Source of the DNA: Podarcis erhardii | Lineage: Eukaryota | Assembly (NCBI GenBank): GCA_964252035.1 | Contig: OZ176200.1 | Length of the DNA stretch: 64,000 bases | Strand: one strand, 5' to 3' | Part shown: positions 53,500 to 64,000 of the stretch, piece by piece | Layout: each line of letters begins with the position of its first letter | Position numbering within the stretch: position 1 is the stretch's first letter | Notes under the pieces: generated by a model | Database searches by the model: none | What the model was told of the DNA's origin: nothing | Seen by the model: the letters and a program-made list of their open reading frames with translations, nothing else | Position numbers and translations under genes: made by a program

Positions 53500-53728
53500 C
53501 AGGCATGTCCAAAGTCCTAATGGGTCCTGTTGGTCAATTCAATCCGGCAGTATATGTCCTGGGGTAAAATCCTTAAAAAAAGCCCAGCAACTTCAATCCT
53601 AAAAAAACCTCAACTATTTTTGGGGGGTAAACTTTAATCCTAAAAAAAGCTCAGTGACTTTGGTCGGCCCTCACGCATGTTCACTTCATCAAATCTGACC
53701 CTCTTTGAAAAAAGTTTGGCCCCCCCTT
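53500..53728. mobile_element. hAT-type non-autonomous element, same family as 29238-29423
   Basis: Starts caggcatgtccaaag and ends ...ctctttgaaaaaagtttggccccccc; interior shared with the 29.3 kb copy. Confidence 0.6.
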
Positions 53729-54258
53729 CTCTAAGGATTCCTGAAGTTGCATTCAAGGAGCTTAGTGCTCTCTTGGCATGCCTCTACTGTATCTTCTCCT
53801 CCCTTCACTACAGGAACTGCATGTTGTCCTCAGGCAGCCTGTAGTTACCCTAATACCAATGTTAAGCTGCCCATCTTGTCCCAAAGCTGCAACTTGGCAC
53901 TGCACCTCCTCCTTTAATATTTTCATTCAGGTTAACCCTGTGCCCATCTCCTCACTAAAGTCATTCAAGAGAGATGTGGGATTAAAGGATTATGATAATG
54001 GTCTTCAGGAGCACTCAAGAAGATTACAGTGGCTTTGATAAACTGATAAAAGAGGGGCATCATATTAACCTTCCCCACCTTTAAGAATTAGTAGCCTGGT
54101 GGTCATTGTATTGAGGTAATAAGGTATACCTAATTCCTTAATTTTACCTCATCTTCATAAAATGCCTAGATTTGCAGCTTGCTCACATGAATCCCCTCTG
54201 AAGTTTGTAAAACTGTTGCTGGGTTAATGAGGAAGGTCTATTTGTGTTAACTAGTATC

Positions 54259-54450
54259 TTAAGAACATGAAAACCCTACTGGGTCAAGCCAAAGGCCCAT
54301 CTTGTCCACTATCCTGTTCTCACAGTGGCCCAACTGATGCCCATGGGAAAGCAGCAAGCAGGACCTGAGTAAAACAGGACATTCCCCACTTGTGATTCCC
54401 ACCAACTGGTGTTCAGAGACACATTGCCTCTGACAGTGGAGGCAGGACAT
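54259..54450 (-). mobile_element. CR1-like LINE 3' fragment
   Basis: taagaacat...gggtcaagccaaaggcccatcttgtccactatcctgttctcacagtggcc is the reverse complement of a common amniote CR1-type tail. A degenerate + copy lies at about 13370-13520. Confidence 0.6.
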
Positions 54451-57125
54451 TGCCAAGAAGATTGTTTTCTTGTTGGTAGCTTATGTATTTGGTTTAACAG
54501 TTTTTGTGATGTAAGGCCTTTGGTCCTTAACTTGAAGAGTTTTAGGTATTTGTGGCCTCCAGTGGGATAGGATGTTTTAGACCTGCCCCTTATATGAATG
54601 GATGTGATTTTAGTTTTCTATTCTCTTTTGGGGGTTTTAAGTATTTGGTTTTAATGTTTATACTATTCTGTAAGTCACTTTTAGACACTTTTTGTGAGCC
54701 CATTAGCAGACTCTGCACACACTTGAACCAATGCCATGAGTAGCTCCTCCTATCTGAACTGGACCTCAGAAGACATCCTTTTTCCAAGGCCAAGTAGTGC
54801 TTCCTGGTAATATTATTTTTAAAAAGCTGTGAGAGAGAGACAATGAATAACACATAGCTTGAAAAATTGTAAATTTTGCTAGCTTATTAAGTTGGGGGTG
54901 GGATCAGACTAAATTATATTTTTAAATTCAGCTGTGCCAGAGTCAAGTCAAATATTTCCCCCCTCCCTGCTGTTTCCCAAGAAGATATTGTTTTCCTTTG
55001 CTTTGGCAGCCTGATAAAGAAATAGGCTAAACATTTTCAGATTCTTCCCTGGAAATTTTGTTATTTTAAAATTAATAATTAAGAGGGTTTTTAAATAACT
55101 TGGTTGAAGTCATGTTGCTGCCACTCTTCCCAGCAGCTGACCCCCGCAAGTCAAATTCAGCCAACCAGTCGTATCCTGTTGTAGTTGACAAATATCTCTC
55201 CTTTTCCTTTCCTTTCCTTTCCTTTCCTTTCCAAGAGGTGTATTGAACCTGTGGCAGGCCTTAACACATGGCTAGTGGACTGCATCCTCCTTGATGTGGG
55301 CCTGCTTTTGACTCACTTCTTCACTAGGATGGTTTTTGCTGGCAATTGCTCCTGGGATGAGGAGTTCCTCTGGGGGTGCAACCCAACACCTCTTAAGTTA
55401 ACACTTTCCCCCTTATTTGGGGATGTGTGCATTTCCTATGTCTTGTAACTCATGATTTCCACTTCCAGTTTGCTTTCACTGCTTTTGAGCTTTTTTGACG
55501 TGTCCTTTTTCTTTCTTTCTTGGGGCTGGCTTTGTATAGTCTTTTGCAGGTAAATGACCACATTCCCCTGGGAGAAAATAGTGAGGTTGGGGGAAGGCAC
55601 ATACAAGAGGCTCAAACAGAAAATAGATGGGGGCAAGAACCAAAAATGGGCAGGAGCGCCCATCTCTTTGTCACCTCTCTCCATCCTTGTCTTTCCCCTT
55701 CCTTCATCCGCACCTCCCCTTTCACTCAGTCTGTCTATCCCTTCACATCCCCCCCATTTACATTCCTCCACACACCCTCCCTGTTTACATGCATCCTTCC
55801 TCTAGTTAGGGAGAGAGAATTATCCAGAAATCACAGCGCGTCTGACAAGAAACGCCTGCCTGCTTCCCTTCTCTCCCTTTCTCTCCTTGCTGTGATCCAG
55901 TGGGGCAGGAGAGAGGAAGGGCAGGGGATTGCTGGAGGCAAGCAGGCACTTCTCCTAGCGTGACAGCTCTGAGACCCCCCCCCTCCTGCCCCTATGCTGG
56001 CCATCCCAAGAGAAACCTTTTCCATGTTCCATGTTTGCCTGCTTGCATTTCTCTCTCCTTTTCTCCTTGCAGCTGCAGCTTGATCATGGCTGGGGAAACA
56101 AGGGAGAAGAGAGCATGGCAGGAATCGGGCACAGCCATGGGGCTGGAGGCTTGACCACAGAGTGCAGTGACTAGAGTGCCCTGTGGAAAGTTGCTCCAGG
56201 CTGGCTGGGCCTCTGCCCTCGCCCAGGAGGGGCCTGCCTGCCTACCTGCAGTTGTCTCCCTTTCTCTGTCTGTTCTTTAGTTCAGTTTGTACTTGTGCTG
56301 CTAGAGGACAGGAAGGGCAGAGGAGAGAGAAACAGGGTGGGGGTAGCGCAGGGCCAACCGGAAGCGGCTGGCAGACCTTATGGAAAGGGCCTTTGGGGGC
56401 CAGAGCTATGTCACAGGCCACCACAAACCTTTTTCATCAATGAAGGCTAGGTCAGAGCACAGGCTGGCTCAGTTCCTATTCAACCCTCACATGGATTTAT
56501 TTCTTCACTACAGTTAAGCATATGCAAGGCACCTGAAAACCGTGTTTCTTTGAGCAGCTGTGATAAAGTTTAGTTTTGTTTTTAAATCTCTAGGTCCTCT
56601 TTTGAATTGTGTTTTGAAAGTCCTGGGCATTTGTCCTTCTTCATAGCCTTGAGAGCGGAAGGACTTCATTTGTTACCTTGTCCTCAATCTTTGGCCAGCC
56701 TTCTCTATTGGACCACTCAGTTTCATTCTGATCTCTCTCTTTCTCTCGTCCTTTTGTCTGTATTATCTCTGTCTCTTTAATGACAGCCTCTTTGTCTATC
56801 TGCTTCAATTAATCTCCTGGCTCGAATTTGGAGAAATGGAGAGAAATGTGCAGCTAGCTTTCCCCCACCAGTGGAGAGAGATGGGTTAAAACCAGGAGAG
56901 GAATGTAGGGGGAGAAAGCCAATTAATTTGCATCCTTTCTGATTACCTTCAGTTCTGTAGCTCAGGTACAGCAGGGGACCCTCAGCAAGGCGGAAAGTGC
57001 ATAATGAAGTGTGTCATAAAGGTAGCAGGAGCCTCTGCCTTCCCCCTCAGACCCTTCTTAATTAGGGCTGTTTCAGTTTTAAAAGCCTGCCCTGAAGTGC
57101 AAAAGAAAATCCAATTGTGGAGCAT

Positions 57126-57168
57126 GAGAGAGAGAGAGAGAAAGAGAGAGAATATATATATATATATA
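57126..57168. repeat. Compound (GA)n(AT)n microsatellite
   Basis: Directly visible. Confidence 0.9.
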
Positions 57169-58309
57169 CATATTGAACTGAACCTGATGGTGCAGAGGGG
57201 TTGTATGCCAGCCAACTGCCAAAGCAACTGCTGTAATTGGTATCTTTGGCCAAACCTATGGATAAATAAATAAATAATGAATACTGAGGAGTTGGGGCAT
57301 GGGAAAAGATTTAAGCAGAAAGAGTTTATTTTCTTGCCTTGGCTTCTAGTATAGTTTTCAATGTTTCTTCTACAAGGAAAAAATGAAGACAATACTATGC
57401 TCTCAATGATTTAAGGATTACTGGGCCATCGTCCCCTTGAATCAATGTACATAGACAGAGTTTTCAATTCAGCATCTTCAGGCAGAGCAAACTGTGAGTA
57501 AATCAGAACAAAATCCTATGCATGTCTGCACAGGAATAAGCTCTATTAAATTTAGTGGGACTTACTCTTAAGCCTTAAGTCTGAGGTAAATATGGAAGGA
57601 GGAAGGTTCAAATGGGATCTATGCTGATTGGATTACAAACTGGGCCTGCAGTTTTTTTTGTCTTTTAAAAAAACAAATCATAGGGAGTGTGGGAATTGAT
57701 CAGAAATGTAAAGAAAGCAGAAAATGTGTTTTCTTCTCTTTTAACTTGTTTAAATGATGAGCTGGAAATGGTTTACTTTTTGTGATGGTTTTCTAAATAA
57801 TTGGCAAATTAAGCCACACCAGGTAAGACTTTCAAGTTGTTAGTTGCAACGTGCTAGATTTAAGTTATAAGGGTGAATACAGATATTGATTTCTTTACAG
57901 AGAAATCCCACTATGAAGTGAGAAATTTCTGTATACCGCCTCTGTTTTATTCTCCCCCACCCCAGTATAACCTTTATATGCAAAATAGGGGTACAAATTA
58001 GTATTTCTTCCAGTGTAAACTTAAACGGTACGTCCCCCACCCTGTGGTTTTTAAAGTTTCTACTAGCAGGGACCCCTTCCCAACAGTGAGTTGTCTGCTG
58101 AGAAACCATAGCACATTGCTCTCTAGTCCAGAGCATATGGTGGCCATGCCTGCTGGGTCTTGTACCTTTTGCATGTGAATTAATAGAGTGATCTAGAGCA
58201 TGTTGACTTACAGGGATTACAGGGTCTGATCCATAATGGTGAGCGTGCTTTCTTTGGTAGCTTCACCATTACAAACTTTCTTTTTGAATGGCTCATGATG
58301 GGTTTAGAG

Positions 58310-58440
58310 AAGGGGAGATAATCTGTGGTCCTCCAGATGGTGTTGAACTACAGCTCCCAACATCCCTGATAATTAACTCTGCTACCTGGGAGTCATGGGA
58401 ATTGGAGTACAATAGCATCTGGAAGGCCACAGGTGCCCTT
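58310..58440. mobile_element. Degenerate copy of the palindromic hAT MITE family
   Basis: ctgtggtcctccagatgg...catctggaaggccacagg, similar to 48089-48225; no clear TSD. Confidence 0.6.
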
Positions 58441-58720
58441 TGGTGTAGAGGAATCCCAGGCTCCAGGCTCCCTGGAACATACTTTGAGAACCCTTCATCT
58501 ACACAAAACAGAGTGGGATTGAAGATCATCCAGAAAAGTTGAGGTGTTTTTTCTTTTTCTTTAGTTGTGCGTGATGATACACTGATGCGCAGTATCAAGG
58601 TCAAAAGCCCCAGGCTGTATCATTTCCAGGCTGCCATCTATAAATTCAGCGTTTTCTTTCTCTCTTTCTCTGGATGGCTGATCCATTAAGCCATTCAATG
58701 TTCTGTGGTGCCTGCTTTAA

Positions 58721-58850
58721 AAGGGATGGGGAACATATGGCTATTCAGATGTTTTTTGACTCGCAGCTTCCATCATCCGCAGTCAACAATGCCAATGGTC
58801 AGGAATGATGGAAGCTGTAGTTCAGCAACATCTGGAGGAGCCACGTCTGT
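58721..58850. mobile_element. Degenerate copy of the palindromic hAT MITE family
   Basis: agggatggggaac...gatgatggaagctgtagttcagcaacatctggagg, similar to 48089-48225. Confidence 0.6.
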
Positions 58851-58886
58851 TATAGAACTCTATGTAGCTTTTGTCAAACCTAAGCT

Positions 58887-59249
58887 AGGTAAAGGTAAAG
58901 GTACCCCTGACCGTAAGGTCCAGTTGCAGACGACTCTGGGGTTGTGCGCTAATCTTGCTCTATAGGCCGGGGGAACCGGCATTTGTATGCAGACAGCTTC
59001 CGGGTCATGTGGCCAGAATGACTAAGCCACTTCTGGCAAACCAGAGCAGCGCATGGAAACACTGTTTACCTTCCCGCTGGAGTGGTACTTATTTATCTAC
59101 TTGCACTTGACGTGCTTTTGAACTGCTAAGTTGGCAGGAGCTGGGACAGAGCAATGGGAGCTCACCCCATTGTGGGGATTCAAACCGCCGACCTTCCAGT
59201 TGGCAAACCCTAGGCTCTGTGGTTTAGACCACAATGCCACCCGCGTCTC
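58887..59249 (-). mobile_element. Sauria-type SINE, antisense to DUSP8
   Basis: Reverse complement of the 16980 element family: tail aggtaaaggtaaagg at left, head ...ccacaatgccacccgcgtctc at right. Confidence 0.92.
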
Positions 59250-59383
59250 ACCTAAATATGTCTAAGCTAGAGAAGAGCAAAATAGTACCAGTTTGGTATA
59301 TGATTCTTACAGCATCTGACTACATTTTCCACCTTTCTCTTTTCTCTGTCTGTCTGTCTGTCTGTCTCTGTACTTCTCAACAG

Positions 59384-59558
59384 GTTTGGCACAATGACTT
59401 GCTATACAGGGCCTTAGCAACGTGGCAAAAATTGGCTGTTTTCCAGCTGCCTCCCCCCTCCCCCCTGCCCCCTTCGCTTCTGGGAGATCTGAGCTGGCTT
59501 CCCCTGCCCTGGGCATTCCTTCCCTTCTCCCACTTGCTGCGGAAGGGACAAGTCTACC
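59384..59558 (+). other. DUSP8: DUSP8 5' UTR part of the first coding exon (acceptor after 59383, or alternatively after 59446)
   Basis: Long polypyrimidine tract ending ctcaacAG at 59383. A second candidate acceptor, tgttttccAG, ends at 59446. Confidence 0.6.
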
Positions 59559-59789
59559 ATGGCTGGGGACAGACTTCCACGCAAAGTGATGGATCCCAAG
59601 AAGCTTGCCAGCCTCTTGAGGAGTGGGTCCGAAAGCATGCTGGTCATTGACAGCCGCTCCTTTGTGGAGTACAACTCATGGCATGTCCTCAGCTCCGTCA
59701 ACATCTGCTGCTCCAAGCTGGTCAAGAGAAGGCTTCAGCAAGACAAAGTATCCATCACAGAGCTCATCCAGCCAGCCTCCAATATCAAG
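59559..59789 (+). CDS. DUSP8: Dual-specificity phosphatase 8 (JNK/p38 MAPK phosphatase), first coding exon (77 codons): start of rhodanese/CH2 domain and kinase-interaction motif
   Basis: ATG in strong Kozak context (accATGG). Reads MAGDRLPRKVMDPKKLASLLRSGSESMLVIDSRSFVEYNSWHVLSSVNICCSKLVKRRLQQDKVSITELIQPASNIK, then donor AAG|GTACTT at 59790 (phase 0). Matches the DUSP8 N-terminus including the KRR docking motif. I found no later exons in the window. Confidence 0.97.
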
Positions 59790-61833
59790 GTACTTAAGCT
59801 TGGTGCCATTGGTCACCCTTCAGTCCTGCTGTGACTCAGTGCTCCTGTCTAGCCTCAAAGGGCAGTTGACATATGAAGCAATGCAATAAATGATCTGCTA
59901 ATGCTGTTGTATTAAGTTGGGACTTAGGCTACCTAGTGGTCCTATTAGAGACCTTTTCATTTACAAATATGCGCCAGCCCAGGTTGCAGTTCAAAAGGAA
60001 GGCCAGTGCAGAACCAGCAAAGAGGAGCTCTTTAATCCTCTCCCCATGTGCTGTTTTTCTTCTGAAAGTTGCCCCACACCAGATGCTTTTATCCTTATTG
60101 GAGAAATATGAGTATGAGTCAGAAAGGGTTAAGAAACTGCTCTCCTCCATTGCTAGTCTTCTGCTTCCATCATGGCTGCATAATTCCCAATTCCATTGTG
60201 GTAAAAAAAACCCCACACAAAATTCATACTCTAAGAGAATACTGGGATTACACAAAATGTGTAGTTCTGCCTTTAGACCAAAACTGTTTTGGACATAGTG
60301 GGGACCAAATAGAGTTAACACAAGCGTAGTATTAACTAACATATAAGGCTGCACAAACACTGAGAATGCTGCTTGCAGTTCTGATTGCTACATATATCCA
60401 TTGGCAATGCAAAAGTGTTTTAAGATTGGTTCTACACAAGCTCTTTTCTCTGAAAGTACCTACTTTTTTTGCTTTGCTGTATAAAAATGAAACCAGAGCG
60501 GGGAATAAGAGAAAATATAATTAACCCCTCATCAAAACAGAAAATTACAATAAGGAACAATGAAGAGAGGCTGTTCAAGGGGTGATTAGAGGGCTGTTCA
60601 TCATTAATCCCCAGGATACTCAATGGTCAGCAATAAAACAGGCTGAACCTGCAAACAGGAAGTTTTTAATTAACATTGAAAAGAGACCTTTGCTGAATAG
60701 GGCTTACTATTAAGTAAACATTGTGAAAGGCTCTTGGCCGTGAAATAGCACATTGCCTGATAATTTGGTGCTATTTTAGTGCTTGACTCTGTTTTAATTT
60801 TGTTTCCAGAGGATCACTAAAAAAACACACCAAACTCCACATCATTAAAAATATTTGTGTGTGGAAGAAACCTCAGAGTGTCTGTAATACAGGCAGTGTT
60901 TCCTCTATTCATTCATCGAACCTAGTTCTGTGTCTCTCTGAACTCAGTTGCCTGATGCATAATCTATCCTCAAGAGCCGTGGGTTAGCAAGGATAATCCT
61001 TTGAAGTAGGATTTATGTCAATGAAAATAATTGCATGCAGAGCAAATTGTGTGCAGAAGGGAGGAAGGAGCAGCGTTGTGCTACTGACGAGCCATCATTC
61101 TTGATCCTTTTTCCTTACAAAGGGCAGTGAATGACACAGAGGTGGTATAACTCTGCATGCCCATTTGGCACGGTCTGTCTTCTGCTTGCCAATGTTCTGA
61201 AGCAGGAGAGGTTAACTACTGGTGCCTCTTCTTTCTAGAACCTTGAGGGCAAGCAGTTCAGCATCATTATCTAAATTGTTGATCAATTCCATCAACCTTC
61301 TTTTCCAGAGTCAACCTCTGCTCACATCTACTTTGCCTTTTTACTAACAAGTCTTTTTGTGCTATGCTGCTTGGGGCTGGCATGCAGCCTCCTTCACCTT
61401 GGGTGTGAAGGGCATAAGTGCCCAACACTAAGGTTTCCTTTGGATGTAATAGAGCACACCCAGAAGGGAACTGCCTATGTCCCCCATAAGGAACACCTGA
61501 TTTCACAATCAGGTGTGCAGATAGTACCCTGTGAAATGAGGCATACGTTTCCCACTGAATATCCCCATGTTCATCATAGCCAACCAGCCGTGTGGTCCAG
61601 TAGAAGAGCAGAATAGGCTGAAGCAGGCCTGTCAGCTGCACTATGAGATCTAAAAATAGGTGTAAGTGCAAGGCTTCACCATGCTGCCCTATAGCAAAGG
61701 CAAGCTGGGACGCTTATTCATACAGCCGAGGAGGAGACAGGTGAAAGGGTAAAGGAAGGAAATTTTATAAAAATGTGTGGTTTTGCTCCACCCAGGGAAT
61801 TTAGTCTCAATGGTGCTTACCCCCAAGGAAGTA

Positions 61834-62080
61834 CAGTGGTACCTCAGGTTAAGTACTTAATTCATTCCGGAAGTCTGTTCTTAACCTGAAACTTCTTAAC
61901 CTGAAGCCCCACTTTAGCTAATGGCTAATGGGGCCTTCTGCTGCTGCTGCGCCGCCAGAGCACGATTTCTTTTCTCATCCTGAAGCAAAGTTCTTAACCT
62001 GAGGTACTATTTCTGGGTTAGTGGAGTCTGTAACCTGAAGTGTATGTAACCTGAAGCGTATGTAACCCAAGGTACCACTG
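61834..62080. mobile_element. Tc1/mariner (pogo/Tigger-like) MITE, copy 2 of the same family
   Basis: Highly similar to 11686-11910; TA TSD at 61832-61833 and 62081-62082; carries an extra 16-nt subterminal unit and a short gctaat duplication. Confidence 0.92.
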
Positions 62081-64000
62081 TATACACACTTATGTGACAG
62101 CAAATCCCTCTGCATTCAGTAGGCTTTTCTCACAGGTAAGTGTGTATTGTATTGCAGGCTTCTGGTTGCCAGCATCTTTTATATCGGTCATGCTTATTTG
62201 CCATTGGCATGTAGAAATTAAGCAGGTTAAGCTGCACGTCAGGCCGAAGAGCACAGCTAACAGCAACAACAAAGAGAGTCTGGCAACCCTTGTCAGGTAT
62301 GCCTCGCTCTTTTTGACATGCTGGGTTTTAAATCCTTGCTACCAGCCTTACAAAACAGAAAAGCAAGGAGGCAAGCTTTTATCTCATGACGTATAGACTT
62401 TGTTGTCTCCCACACAGCCTGCTGCCCTTCTTCCGAAGAGCCCAGGTACAGTCTATTCAGTTCAGCAGCCATCCTTTCACAATAGACCCTCCCCTCCGGC
62501 TCTCTATTTGTGGGTAGCCCTCAGCAGCTGGATTGCTTTTTAGTGTTTGTTCTTGCTTTCCCTTCCCCCATTTTATTATTTTGTAGCAAAGAATGGTAAT
62601 TCAAGCGATTAATCAAATGCTAGGCCCAGCTGGAGCCATCTGTGGAGTCCTCATAATCTCCCTCCTCCCCTTGCATGTGTGCACACGGCTCATTGCAATT
62701 GGCTAGCAGTGACATCACCCCTGCTTGGATGTGGGGAGCGTGGAGTGTGTGAGGGGGAAAAATTACTTCTTGCCTCCAGTCTGCTTTACTGACGCTTCAA
62801 GGGAAGGTTACAGAGAATGGTTCCTGAATGGCTTTTTAAAGCACTACGAAGAACACTGGATAATATACAGCATTATCTCTTTTTGTTCTTAACTGCTTAG
62901 GGAGCTGGAGGGGTGAGGGGGGGTGTCTGTCACTGCTGCCGTGCTTAAAAGCTAAACACAATTCTGAGAGAGCTTCTTGACCTAGAATAACTTGCTAGCT
63001 ATTCCCAAATACTGTACAGGGAAATTGACTTGCCATCTGGTAACTGCTGCAAGGAGAGCAAGAAGTGAGTTAAGGAGCTGCTCTCAAATGAGACAGCTCA
63101 GAAGGCATCTGCAGACATACCTGTATTCCATGATTCTGTATTCCATGCAGGCACCACGTAAGCATGGGCAGTGTCCTGAGAACCTTAGCTCTGCACTTAA
63201 AAACCCCCAAACCCCAAACAAACCTACAACAGGTTTGGAGCTCTTTTGATTACACACGATAGGCTTTCAATGTGCATGTGACCTGGTCAAAGGTATACAT
63301 ATGTTGAATTGGATTTTTAGTGATCATTGTAGAAAGGCAGAAAAAATGGTATGATAAGCCAAAGTTACACACATTTCTTCATTTAGATCCTTCATGCATG
63401 TTGTAGAACTGGTCTCTTTGGGAGTCAGATTTTGGGTTACATACGTGTAGAAGTTTGATCTTGCTTTTATTTTTTAGTAGAGGGTGGTCCAAACACCCAG
63501 ACAATTAGTTGGTGATTGCGGAATGAATGCAAGCTTCTTCTCTCCTTGCTCTCCAAAGGTGAAGAGTTGGAGTAAGGGGCCTGATTTAAATCAGGACCGC
63601 TGTGCAAAACAACACCTCTCCTATACCTCATGCCAGTGCCCTGATCCAGATTGGGCCTCCCAAAGCTGCAGTTTATTTTAAAATATCCATTCACACAATT
63701 GCTAACTGTGTGGTGGCTATCTCATCTATAGAATTTGGCCCTAAATCTTCTCCCCAGAAATTATTTTTGCCAGTTAAAATTTTTAATTAGATGGTTTAAG
63801 AAAAAATAAGTTGAGTTGAAAGGCATTATTTTTTTAATTTAAAAATATTTCTGTTTTTGCTTTATGGTTTGGTTTTCAAATGCTGCAGTTTACAGGTTTT
63901 GATTTCATATAACTACTAAAATAGCAAATATGAATATCTATAGGGGAAAGAACTGGAGTTAAAATGCAACAACAGTAAAGGAACTTGGGGGAATTTTCAT

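Overview
Vertebrate genomic DNA from a squamate reptile. The Sauria-type SINEs and the L2, L1, RTE and MITE content suggest a lacertid lizard (inference). Two protein-coding exons are recognisable, both on +: the last coding exon of IFITM10 (22761-22910) and the first coding exon of DUSP8 (CDS 59559-59789). This matches the mammalian IFITM10-DUSP8 order, but no KRTAP5-like cluster lies between them. Bases 1-22760 are most likely IFITM10 intron. A CpG-rich region at about 40100-41720 with a CRE-CCAAT-CRE module is the likely DUSP8 promoter. The rest is intron or intergenic DNA rich in transposon remnants (SINEs, L1/L2/CR1/RTE fragments, hAT and Tc1/mariner-type MITEs, a possible solo LTR) and microsatellites. 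Nearly all ORFs in the supplied track are spurious. I found no convincing new protein-coding system. The best leads are regulatory or structural: an identically spaced CCAAT+CRE module occurring twice at DUSP8, a uORF that alternative splice acceptors could include or skip, a pre-miRNA-sized hairpin, and young nested MITEs carrying G4/telomere-like or inverted ETS motifs.
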